A stretch of 64,000 nt of DNA. It comes from an uncultured virus (IMG/VR IMGVR_UViG_3300026125_000001). Taxonomy: Duplodnaviria > Heunggongvirae > Uroviricota > Caudoviricetes. This document shows positions 8,663 through 17,301 of this stretch, piece after piece (within the stretch, counting starts at the first letter, position 1; every line of letters starts with the position of its first letter). The notes beneath the pieces were generated by a model. It was not told the DNA's origin, searched no databases, and worked only from the letters and a program-made list of their open reading frames with translations. The stretch lies in the IMG/VR virus record IMGVR_UViG_3300026125_000001; one strand, 5' to 3'. The position numbers and the translations under genes are program-made.

Positions 8663-9594
8663 AAAACCTCACTGTTCTTATAAGCATAATTAAGCGCAGA
8701 ATTTGCCTCAAGCAGTAAAGGTCTTTTCTCATACCAATTGCCAGTTTCTCGGTCAAGCTCTCTCGCCATCATTTCAATTTCGTTTCCGGATATCGGGTAT
8801 CCACTTTTAATCGCATTAAATGCAACTGCTACCATAAATTGATACATCTTATGATACCAACCAGTCTCAGAAATAGCTCGGTATTCAACCAGCATTTTCT
8901 TATTGACAAACGGACAATCATGAATACTGCTCCATTTAAATTTTTCACGGTTGGGAAGTTTAGCTTTACGATGAGCAATAATCTCTTTCTGCATAGCCTC
9001 CGGAAGATTGTCGATGAAGTTGTTTGATTGTTTCTGGATAAAGGGGTGTTTCTTTATCAACTCATCGGGATCAATGTAATCACCGCGATTACTAAAGATG
9101 AAGTTGTTAGCGCCAGCATACTCCGCAGGTATGTAATACATCCGAGACAAATCTTTAGTCTGTTTATCTCCAATTGAATCGAGTTCGGTGTTGAGCGCAA
9201 ACCAGAATGCTTTAATCTTATCCGCTTTAACTCCTGATTTAAGTGGGAAGACCAACCTAAACTTTGGATGATCAGCGCTACTGCTAGCAGTACTGTAACA
9301 GACAAAATCCCAAGAACCAAACTTAGATCTAAGTTCATTTTCTAAGTCTCCCTCGAACTTATGTTCATCAACATCAACAGCAGCCCAACCAGCCCATTCT
9401 ATAACATTCGCATTTCGACGTTTCTCGCCTTCCAAATATACTGCTGGCGAAATTAGTTGAGCAGCCTCTTTACCTGCTAGGGGCTGCGAGGCAAGCTTAT
9501 ACAAGAGTTCTTCGAACTGTTCCCAGGTCTCGAAGTCCATGCGCTTATTTGTCTTATTATCGAAACGATTCTTGAAAATTGTTAGCGAATACAT
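8659..9594 (-). CDS. Archaeo-eukaryotic primase (AEP)-like protein
   Basis: DVD acidic motif, YSTASS..HPKFRLVFPL, KDLSRMYYIP; helical C-terminal domain. Confidence 0.6.
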   Translation of the reverse strand: MYSLTIFKNRFDNKTNKRMDFETWEQFEELLYKLASQPLAGKEAAQLISPAVYLEGEKRRNANVIEWAGWAAVDVDEHKFEGDLENELRSKFGSWDFVCYSTASSSADHPKFRLVFPLKSGVKADKIKAFWFALNTELDSIGDKQTKDLSRMYYIPAEYAGANNFIFSNRGDYIDPDELIKKHPFIQKQSNNFIDNLPEAMQKEIIAHRKAKLPNREKFKWSSIHDCPFVNKKMLVEYRAISETGWYHKMYQFMVAVAFNAIKSGYPISGNEIEMMARELDRETGNWYEKRPLLLEANSALNYAYKNSEVL

Positions 9595-10127
9595 GACATC
9601 ATATACTCCACGACTTTTTGCGTATCCTCAGGAGTCTCGTGTTTGAACTCAACAATACATCCCTCTTCTTCGCCGAATAGGGTTTGCTGATCGCCGAAAG
9701 CCTCTACTATATTTTTACATTTAGTTGCTACTGTTTGGATGAACTTATCACTCTGCTCCGAGCCACGTTCATCGTATCGACGTTGACGTTCTTTATCCGA
9801 GACCGTTAGATGGATTATGACTTTATCTTCAACAGATTCAAAAACGCCTTTGTTATTCAATCTATCACCTTCACCTATTATAACCTCTTCTGGGTTAGAA
9901 GTAAAGTATTCAATTGCTTTTGGCGCGACAGCCATAGACAAACGGTCTGTCCCTGAGAACGTTTCGCCTTCTTCGTATTTCCCGAGCACGCGCACGTTCC
10001 CGCTCACGTGCGTGTCTAGCAGGTCAATCGGACGGTCGGTTTTCCACCCATCGAATCTGCTCATAAATTCTTTCATGATTGTAGACTTACCTGTTCCTGG
10101 CACGCCAATCAAATAAATTAGTTTCAT
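9582..10127 (-). CDS. P-loop kinase, 5-hydroxymethyluridine DNA kinase (5-HMUDK)-like
   Basis: GVPGTGKST, SGTDRLSM, GEGDRL; adjacent to AA:DNA transferase. Confidence 0.8.
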   Translation of the reverse strand: MKLIYLIGVPGTGKSTIMKEFMSRFDGWKTDRPIDLLDTHVSGNVRVLGKYEEGETFSGTDRLSMAVAPKAIEYFTSNPEEVIIGEGDRLNNKGVFESVEDKVIIHLTVSDKERQRRYDERGSEQSDKFIQTVATKCKNIVEAFGDQQTLFGEEEGCIVEFKHETPEDTQKVVEYMMSCIR

Positions 10128-10134
10128 AATATCC

Positions 10135-11148
10135 TCACATAAAAGCATCAAGACCCATTGAGACTGGTTCGTCTTCTTTGAACATCCAGTCTAGTCGGTC
10201 AATATTATTAGTTTCAACGAACTCAGCCATCTTACCCTTTTGGATAACGTTTGAATCATACAGCCTAGCATCAAGAGTTTCTCTACGAGCGTCCCAAAGT
10301 ACACGCCACTCAATACCATACCAACCATCAGATTCAACCTTAGAGATCTCCTCTGCGACCCTGTCATTGTAATACCCCAAGTATCTGCCATGACGCACTC
10401 GGAATATCTTCTTAAATGAACAGAGACAGGTTTCCATTGTAAACGGATTTATCTCAGAAGTCAAGTGTGGGAAGCGACTTTTCATCTCTTCCATTATACT
10501 TTTTGCTTCTGCTTCGAGCCAAGCATATTCCCCAATAGTCTGACGTACATCGTACTGATCATCCTTACCGAGCGCCAGCAATAAGCCATTACGATGAGAG
10601 CGAGAACCGCTAAAGTCATCTAGCAATAAACTATCTGGTACGTTTGGGATATTGGCGGTATGATTTAGGTGCTGTAGAAAGAACCAAGTAGAATAGCGTC
10701 CGAACTTGTAGAACTTATCTTTGACGACTTCATATAGTTTATCGAAATTTTGTTCTTCGTTATCCCCCATATACTGCTCAAATACTTCGCGCTGGGTTTT
10801 ATCTCCAACGAAAGCATGATAGGATTTGAACATATCGGCTAAGTGTCCCTTAGACCATTTTGTGTCCGTTTGGTAGCGGAGACGTTTATAGTTCTCCGTG
10901 TTCCATTGGTTCATTCGGTCATAGGTAGCCAACTCAAAGTCAGGGAACTCATTAATAAGAACCCAAGCGGTTGGTAGGTAGTATGTATTGCCATACAACC
11001 AAGACAGCCAGATACGCTGCTCTGAGTTATGTTCAAATCTATCATTAAGGTAATTGGTCATCCAAACAGCGGGGTCGCAGTCCTTGAATTCCAAGGACCA
11101 CGCATACCACTTAATGAAAGCCTCTCTTCGGTTTTCGTTATAGTTCAT
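10135..11148 (-). CDS. Amino acid:DNA transferase (aGPT-PPlase family)
   Basis: HhH-like FYKFGRYSTWFFLQ, METCLCSFKK, RYLGYY. Confidence 0.8.
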   Translation of the reverse strand: MNYNENRREAFIKWYAWSLEFKDCDPAVWMTNYLNDRFEHNSEQRIWLSWLYGNTYYLPTAWVLINEFPDFELATYDRMNQWNTENYKRLRYQTDTKWSKGHLADMFKSYHAFVGDKTQREVFEQYMGDNEEQNFDKLYEVVKDKFYKFGRYSTWFFLQHLNHTANIPNVPDSLLLDDFSGSRSHRNGLLLALGKDDQYDVRQTIGEYAWLEAEAKSIMEEMKSRFPHLTSEINPFTMETCLCSFKKIFRVRHGRYLGYYNDRVAEEISKVESDGWYGIEWRVLWDARRETLDARLYDSNVIQKGKMAEFVETNNIDRLDWMFKEDEPVSMGLDAFM

Positions 11149-12455
11149 TAAAGATTTACTCGTTTTTGTTTCGTCTCGAATGCTTTAAGAATTCGAATCT
11201 TTATATCGCAATCGGGGTGAACACGTTTTAAAGCTTTATGTAGCTTGGCTTCAGATTCCGTCCAAAGCTCGTATTCATTAATGTTGCCGTGGTGAATAAT
11301 AAGCATTCCATTCCAATTATCCATACCGCCCATCTTGTTAAGAACCCCACCAATACCAGAGTTGTAACAAGCGCCAGAAGATACCGTAATCACTGCCAAA
11401 TCAGGGTTGCGGTCTCTAACAGATTTAGCGATAGCGTCAAGCTCCTTTGAACTGTATTTAATAAAGTTAAGGTCAGCTGTCGCCTTATCTGTTTTTACGT
11501 TAATGACTGCTTTACTGTAGTTAGAAGCGATCTCCCTTAGCGACCAAAGTGGGTAAAAAACTTCTAAACAAGTGTTTTTAAATTTTTCACTTTGTAGGAT
11601 CTCAAGGTTTGGGTCATTATCCCTAAAGTTGTTCGCCCATAAGTTTGTGATAGCTCTCTGGCAATCACGTGAACTATTTGGTTTCTTCAATTTAGGGTTG
11701 TGATTAGCAACGTTACCAAACTTATCCATATTCGACTGGCTATCATTAAACTCCGAAGAATTTAAGTATATAACTGGCGCTGATTGCCAATTAGCTACAT
11801 CTACTGCCCTGGAAGTGTGGTTTCCGTCTAGTATAGTTCGTGTACCGTCTGGGCTGACGCAAACTATAATTGGAGAAACGTTAGTACGAGCCTCTGCTGG
11901 GTCGTCTTCCATCTTCTCCGCAATAGCTTGTACGTGTTTCGGGTCTAATAATACTAAACGAACCTGGTTGTGATCAAATTTACGAATTTCCTCAATATTA
12001 GTTTCAACTACTTGGTATTTCCCCTCTTGGCAGTTTTTCCAAATCCGATTAACTAGTTTTGTATCGATTACATCGTAAGTGTCTTTTGATTCTGTGATTG
12101 GCTCTATACCCTTCTCAACCCAATCTATTCCTCCCTGAATTACGCTCTCTGAAAGTTCCTCCCAACCTTTACAACCTACTCCGCCTCCGTTTGACTTGTT
12201 GTAAAACTGCCCGTTGGTGCGTGCGTTAAAGTGGTGTAGTAGTTTGCTTTCGTATTTTATAGCTTCTTCGGGTGTACCTACAAAAAGGATTGACCTGTGT
12301 AGTAAACCTCTTGACCAATCCCTTTTAAGCTCTTTGTCTTCTGATGAAAATTTGTAGCCGTCGTTGATTTCGCTACTCTTACGAAATCCTACGTATTTCT
12401 TTTTGTTCTGAATATTATTCCAACCGTATACGAACGCTTGATTTTTTTTAGCCAT
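11148..12455 (-). CDS. GIY-YIG-like N-terminal domain fused to ParB/Srx-like domain
   Basis: FVYGW..KKYVG..Y.FSS..E..FYNKSNGG; PIIV..ILDGNHT. Confidence 0.6.
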   Translation of the reverse strand: MAKKNQAFVYGWNNIQNKKKYVGFRKSSEINDGYKFSSEDKELKRDWSRGLLHRSILFVGTPEEAIKYESKLLHHFNARTNGQFYNKSNGGGVGCKGWEELSESVIQGGIDWVEKGIEPITESKDTYDVIDTKLVNRIWKNCQEGKYQVVETNIEEIRKFDHNQVRLVLLDPKHVQAIAEKMEDDPAEARTNVSPIIVCVSPDGTRTILDGNHTSRAVDVANWQSAPVIYLNSSEFNDSQSNMDKFGNVANHNPKLKKPNSSRDCQRAITNLWANNFRDNDPNLEILQSEKFKNTCLEVFYPLWSLREIASNYSKAVINVKTDKATADLNFIKYSSKELDAIAKSVRDRNPDLAVITVSSGACYNSGIGGVLNKMGGMDNWNGMLIIHHGNINEYELWTESEAKLHKALKRVHPDCDIKIRILKAFETKQKRVNL

Positions 12456-12484
12456 GATATAGTCCTCGATCTCAATACAAGGTA

Positions 12485-12513
12485 ATTATAGGTGGATCTG
12501 GGATAAAAGTAAA
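12485..12513 (-). promoter_or_regulatory. Early promoter
   Basis: TTTACT-N17-TATAAT. Confidence 0.8.
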
Positions 12514-12543
12514 GGAAATTATTATATCAAATAGGAATAAGGA

Positions 12544-13101
12544 TCAGAAGAAATCTTCTAACCCTTTTGGTGATTCAAGAAAGACTTCGACGCAACCGCC
12601 TTTGCCTTTCTTGTGTACTGCGGAGTAGATGACAGGATCGTCTAGCTGATAATAGCTATCAGCGAAAGTATTGTTTATGCGGAAGATAGATAGCTGGCAG
12701 CCACTTTTCTGTTTACCTTGGAAAGTAAAGCCGATCTTCTCGTAGAACTTAATAGCAGGGATTTCAGAGGACACACGGAAGTATGTCGCCTGCCCCTTTA
12801 CTCGCTCAAGAGAATCTTCGCAAAGGATTCGGGCAACACCCTTACCCCTATGAGCCGCAAACGTATGGAGGAGTTGTAGGTTTGCTACTTTTGGTGAACG
12901 TTTAGACACAGTCGTTATGATAGCGCCAGCAAGCTGGTCGCCATCCCATAACCCTATACACTTATCCCATAACCCCTGCATGTTCGCCTTCGCAATAAAG
13001 GTATTGGCGAACTTATCCGCAGGGTCATCAGATATAGCGGAGGTAAACTCCTCCGCTGTCGTGCTACGCAACTTCAATGTATGCTCGCTGTTTTTTGCCA
13101 C
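12544..13101 (-). CDS. GNAT acetyltransferase (start uncertain, possibly TTG 13077)
   Basis: HRGKGVA acetyl-CoA motif, AIKFYEKIGF. Confidence 0.85.
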   Translation of the reverse strand: MAKNSEHTLKLRSTTAEEFTSAISDDPADKFANTFIAKANMQGLWDKCIGLWDGDQLAGAIITTVSKRSPKVANLQLLHTFAAHRGKGVARILCEDSLERVKGQATYFRVSSEIPAIKFYEKIGFTFQGKQKSGCQLSIFRINNTFADSYYQLDDPVIYSAVHKKGKGGCVEVFLESPKGLEDFF

Positions 13102-13936
13102 GGTCTTTGTCCCACTTTGTCTTTTGGTGCCCTATCCACTGATTCAAGTCCCACTGGAATGGCGGAAACTCATAGTCGCCATCAGCCAAAATTTCTTTAA
13201 CGCTCGGACCATCGTTTAGGGCAGCATCAATAAACGCCTCAACGAAACGGAACATAGATTCCATATGCTTACGTTCTGTGGTAGCCCGAAAACACCGAAA
13301 CTCGATTGTTCCAGTATGTTTTAGGCAGTAGGTGTTAATCGCGTAACGGAAAGGGCGACCCATCGAAACACCGTCCTTGCCAGCAGCATGGAGCTTGATG
13401 AAGTGATCAAAGTCTTTAGCCAGATTAATAATATTGTCAGCCATGTAATCAGGCATCTGGCGTCCACCGTCATATTTCATATACATGGTAGCGCCTTTCG
13501 CTTTCTTCATGGAAGCCGCTTCATGGAATAGACCGCAGTTCTCTACAACGTCAGCTTGGTTCGCTTTAATGTATTTGATCAAACGCTTAAGGGCATCTAG
13601 ATCTTTAGTTAGCTCAGGCACATACACGTGTAGATGCGAATGGCTTAGGCAGTTTGAAGTAGGCTCGCATCCCTGATCAGTAAACCACTGTTTAATCTCT
13701 TGGATTCGATCTACCTGTTCTTCCCAGGTTTTGGTCGGTTTAGTATTGACCTCTCCCCCGAACGGAGGGTCTTCGCCGAGCGGATCACAAGCAACGTATT
13801 TGTATGGTGGACGCAGGTTTACTACGTCAGTCTCTGAATATTCCCAAGAACCTAGATGCTCCGGAATCTCTAGGCGACGGTCAATATCGCCCCACTCAAT
13901 CTCGTAGCCCCAAGTAAAATCATCTTTATTGTACAT
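13064..13936 (-). CDS. Putative amidoligase (COOH-NH2 ligase, Amidoligase_2-like)
   Basis: WGYEIE, GEVN, HLHV, RY.IN, TIEFR. Confidence 0.75.
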   Translation of the reverse strand: MYNKDDFTWGYEIEWGDIDRRLEIPEHLGSWEYSETDVVNLRPPYKYVACDPLGEDPPFGGEVNTKPTKTWEEQVDRIQEIKQWFTDQGCEPTSNCLSHSHLHVYVPELTKDLDALKRLIKYIKANQADVVENCGLFHEAASMKKAKGATMYMKYDGGRQMPDYMADNIINLAKDFDHFIKLHAAGKDGVSMGRPFRYAINTYCLKHTGTIEFRCFRATTERKHMESMFRFVEAFIDAALNDGPSVKEILADGDYEFPPFQWDLNQWIGHQKTKWDKDRGKKQRAYIEVA

Positions 13937-13944
13937 AATGTATC

Positions 13945-14559
13945 CTATGGTTGTAAGTCTATACCAGCAAAACTAACTCGGTTTTTTGATTTAGTTTTGA
14001 ATTGACTTCTACTTATAATGTCAGAAGTCGAAGCAAATATACGACCGTGTTCAATGTCAGCACACCATAATGGTCTTTTACCATTACGCATATATTCTAT
14101 TCCATTTACTGTCAAAAGTAAAGCGGAAATTGAAGAATTTGCCCACTCATTTAAAGAAGGGCGATGGAAAAGAAGTTCGGTGTCGTTAGCGGTTTCGCAT
14201 TTGATTCCATAGAGTCTATACCAATTCTCCGGAAGTTCTTGCGAAATAACACCGTTATGAACAACAGATAACTTTTCGTCAGCAATAGGTTGATTAAAAC
14301 GCAAGTCAGAAGTACTGTACCGACAATGAGCGATAGCTGTTATGTTACCGTTCTCGTCAACCCAGTCGATTGGTGGATGATGTTTTATAAATTCAGATGC
14401 CTCAACAGCTTCCTTTATCGTATGTATCTTACCCTCTTTTAGGAAAGACACGCCAGTAGCGTGCCTCCCTCGGATTTGTGATTCAAAGAATAGGGTGCGG
14501 ATAGCACTTATATCATCTCTTGTTACGTTTTTTAATTCAAATCCCATTACTGCGCACAT
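13945..14559 (-). CDS. Class II (Ntn) glutamine amidotransferase
   Basis: Start re-called at MCAVMG (N-terminal Cys, GAGGA SD); RGRHATG, HCRYST, HNG, NDTE. Confidence 0.85.
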   Translation of the reverse strand: MCAVMGFELKNVTRDDISAIRTLFFESQIRGRHATGVSFLKEGKIHTIKEAVEASEFIKHHPPIDWVDENGNITAIAHCRYSTSDLRFNQPIADEKLSVVHNGVISQELPENWYRLYGIKCETANDTELLFHRPSLNEWANSSISALLLTVNGIEYMRNGKRPLWCADIEHGRIFASTSDIISRSQFKTKSKNRVSFAGIDLQP

Positions 14560-14613
14560 TAAAAGAAATCCTCTAAACCACATGTCAGGGCTAACCCCTG
14601 AAAATCGCAAAAT

Positions 14614-14621
14614 TATAAATA
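14614..14621 (+). promoter_or_regulatory. Late promoter for HNH endonuclease
   Basis: TATAAATA on plus strand upstream of the only plus-strand gene. Confidence 0.75.
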
Positions 14622-14661
14622 AAGGTATGGTTCGCGGGTCGCCCCAACCACTCTATCCGTT

Positions 14662-14690
14662 ATTATACTACAACTTAAGGAGAAAGTAAA
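14662..14690 (-). promoter_or_regulatory. Early promoter overlapping the HNH RBS, facing the GATase
   Basis: TTTACT-N17-TATAAT. Confidence 0.75.
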
Positions 14691-15430
14691 TGGACAGCAA
14701 ACTTATTTATTCAATATTAGCATCAAAACCTCACAACAAACATTACATGTCAAGATACATTCGGTTAATAGAGGCTTACAATGACTCTACCGAAGGCGAG
14801 AAGCACCACATATGTCCAAAGGCTAAGGATATGTTCCCAGAATACACAAACTTAGTGGAAAACCCTTGGAACAAAATATTGCTCCCAACTAGGGCGCATA
14901 GGTTAGCCCACTTAATACTCGCTAAAGCGTTTCCTGATGTATTATCGCAATCGTATTCGGCAGTCAAGTTCTTTAGAAAAGATATAAACTCTAAATTGTA
15001 CGAATCTTATGTCAGTAGGAAAAATTCTCTACATTCTAAAAGGATGTCCGGAGAGAATAATCCATTCTTCGGCAAAACTCACAATGAAGAATCTAAATCT
15101 AAAATGGGTTGGGCTGCCTACGACGAAGAGACAAGAAAACAAAGATTATCAAATAAAAACCTATCTGAAGAAGCAAGGGATAAATTTTCAGAAAGCGGTA
15201 AATTAAACTACCATCATATGCACACAGAAGAAGCTAGGGAAACACACAAGCAATCTATGAAAGATTTCTATAATGACAAAGATAAACGTTTAGCCCGAAT
15301 ACAGAAATATAGAGGAACTTTCAACAGCAGAGAAGATATAACTTGCCCTCATTGCGGAGTGGTATCCAAACACAAAGGTAACATGAATAGATACCACTTC
15401 GACAATTGTAAAACCCTAAGAGAAAAATGA
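14690..15430 (+). mobile_element. Free-standing HNH homing endonuclease (Mob-like; NUMOD3 and Zn finger)
   Basis: EKHHICP..N..H..AH; GENNPFFGKTH; CPHC..HFDNC; inverted orientation. Confidence 0.85.
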
Positions 15431-16864
15431 TTCTAAATCATTAGAGTTGTTGAAATGATCCCATAACCCTGGTTGGTTTTCTTTCATCAACTCTTCGCCT
15501 CCATGTTCTAAAAGGTATTGATACCATTCTTCTGAATTATCGTTCATAAAACCAGGACTCACGCCATTCCAACGCTCTTTCCATAACGGATGTTCTTTGT
15601 TGGTTCGACGATCGTCAACAAACTTACGACGCAGCGCCTCATAATCCCAAGAACCTAGTTGTAACATATCCTCACGGAAGTAGAAAACAAGGGACATACG
15701 AAGTAGGTCTTCTTCGCCAGAGTCAGGGGCTTCAATAGGCTGATTGCCGTGAATTATTCGCATATTATCAATAAGGAGTAGATCTCCTGGTCGAACATCA
15801 ATAGCTGCGCGAACTTCCGGAGCAGTAAGGTATCCGCCCTTCCATGATTTACCTTTCGGAGCAATTACAGTAAGGTTAGAGAAACCCTCATTTAATGAAC
15901 CAGCATCCTTATGACAAGCCATACGAGCATTTCGGTCAGACTGAGTTGTATTGACTGTAACGGTCGTAAAGGTAGTATCCTCGCCAATCAAGAATTTAGG
16001 GTCGATACTGTCAGCACATCTTTTTTGGTACGCATAACGCTGCGGAAGTAAGCGAGCAAACTCTTGGTCGAGTTTACGGGCAAACGGGTAGCACTTCTCA
16101 AAGTCTTCTCGGTTATGCTCTACATGGCTAGTAGCACGACCATAAGGGATACGAGGGTAGCGTCCATAGAAGCCAGTGATTCCGGACCACAGCGGAGTAG
16201 CGTAGGAAGTTCCGCTGATCATCGTATCGCGAACGTGTATAGCATATTCCCGAGCTTCATCTACCGGAAGGGAACGGAGTTTGGCTAGGCACTGATCAAA
16301 GAAATTGCGGTAATCCTCATATTCTTTCTCGACCTTTTGAACCAACCAAACTTCGCCACGTGTTTCGTACTGCTTGGTTTCATGTTTCTTGATAATGTCC
16401 TCAACTGGGTCAGTACCCATAACGTTCTGCGGAGAACCCTTAGCAAAGAAGTCCAGGATATCGCGCTGGAACGGAGTAACCCATTCGCGACCCTGACTTG
16501 TTTCGGCTCGAGGACCAGCAGCCATACCACGGTTGTTAGACTCAGCAGCAGCGCTGTAAAGACCAGCATAAGCACCGTCTTGTTCTTCCTGCGTGAATAC
16601 GTTCTTACGGAATTTGAACGCAACACGGTCTTCACCTATACAGTTGATACATTGCTTATCGCAGTCAGTAGAAGCGACTACATCACACGATGGCGGTAGA
16701 TAAAAGTCAGCGTCTTTGTCAATGAGAATATCGAATGAATCCTCATCAGCGTATTTGCCGATGAGGTTCTCTTGGTCTTCAACGAAGAGGGCAACATAAA
16801 CATCTTGCCCTTCGTCACCGATATACTTTTGCCATTGCCGACCGTTAATTGTAACTTTTTCCAT
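15416..16864 (-). CDS. TET/JBP-like 2OG-Fe(II) dioxygenase (5-methylpyrimidine oxidase)
   Basis: TFTTVTVN, HKDAG (HxD), HGN, RMSLVFYFRE. Confidence 0.8.
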   Translation of the reverse strand: MEKVTINGRQWQKYIGDEGQDVYVALFVEDQENLIGKYADEDSFDILIDKDADFYLPPSCDVVASTDCDKQCINCIGEDRVAFKFRKNVFTQEEQDGAYAGLYSAAAESNNRGMAAGPRAETSQGREWVTPFQRDILDFFAKGSPQNVMGTDPVEDIIKKHETKQYETRGEVWLVQKVEKEYEDYRNFFDQCLAKLRSLPVDEAREYAIHVRDTMISGTSYATPLWSGITGFYGRYPRIPYGRATSHVEHNREDFEKCYPFARKLDQEFARLLPQRYAYQKRCADSIDPKFLIGEDTTFTTVTVNTTQSDRNARMACHKDAGSLNEGFSNLTVIAPKGKSWKGGYLTAPEVRAAIDVRPGDLLLIDNMRIIHGNQPIEAPDSGEEDLLRMSLVFYFREDMLQLGSWDYEALRRKFVDDRRTNKEHPLWKERWNGVSPGFMNDNSEEWYQYLLEHGGEELMKENQPGLWDHFNNSNDLESFFS

Positions 16865-16911
16865 AATTTTAGATCCTAATAGTTTACGAAATCTCCCGAA
16901 GGTTCCGAATA

Positions 16912-17301
16912 TTATACTAAATCTTCCTGGGTTTGTAAAGTACTTTTTAAGTCTGGCTCTGAATAATTTGGACCTTTCATTACTTTACCGTCTTCACGAT
17001 ACATCGGCTTTCCGTCAGCGCCAAGTTTACTCATGTTAGAGCGTTGAACCTCATCGAAGCAAGCGTCAAGGTCAATACCAAACGCAGCGCCAGCACCGTA
17101 TGTTACATAAAGAATATCAGTCAGAGCGTCCGCAACTTCAACGATATCTTTATCGGCTAGGGCTTCAATCAATTCATCGAGTTCTTCTTTAATCAGGTCT
17201 ACTCGAAGAGCCTGAATGTCAATAGAAGGTAGCTCAGGTTGAGGCTTAACTTCCTGACCGAATGTGTTCATGAATTTTACAACTTTATCAAAATTAGTCA
17301 T
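16912..17301 (-). CDS. MazG-like/PRA-PH all-alpha NTP pyrophosphohydrolase
   Basis: LIKEELDEL, EVADALTDILYV, SNMSK, GKVMKGP. Confidence 0.85.
   Translation of the reverse strand: MTNFDKVVKFMNTFGQEVKPQPELPSIDIQALRVDLIKEELDELIEALADKDIVEVADALTDILYVTYGAGAAFGIDLDACFDEVQRSNMSKLGADGKPMYREDGKVMKGPNYSEPDLKSTLQTQEDLV

Noticed and set aside
13064..13101. Programmed frameshift fusing amidoligase and GNAT
   Set aside because: The overlap is simply explained by a GTG/TTG start; no convincing stimulatory structure seen
14560..14610. N-terminal extension of the GATase in the ORF track
   Set aside because: Ntn amidotransferases need an N-terminal Cys, and the SD supports ATG at 14559
14690..15430. Group I intron around the HNH gene
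   Set aside because: Both flanking genes are complete, and there is no room for a ribozyme core
14690..15430. TG avoidance in the HNH gene
   Set aside because: Several discretionary TG (GTG, TTG and codon junctions) are present
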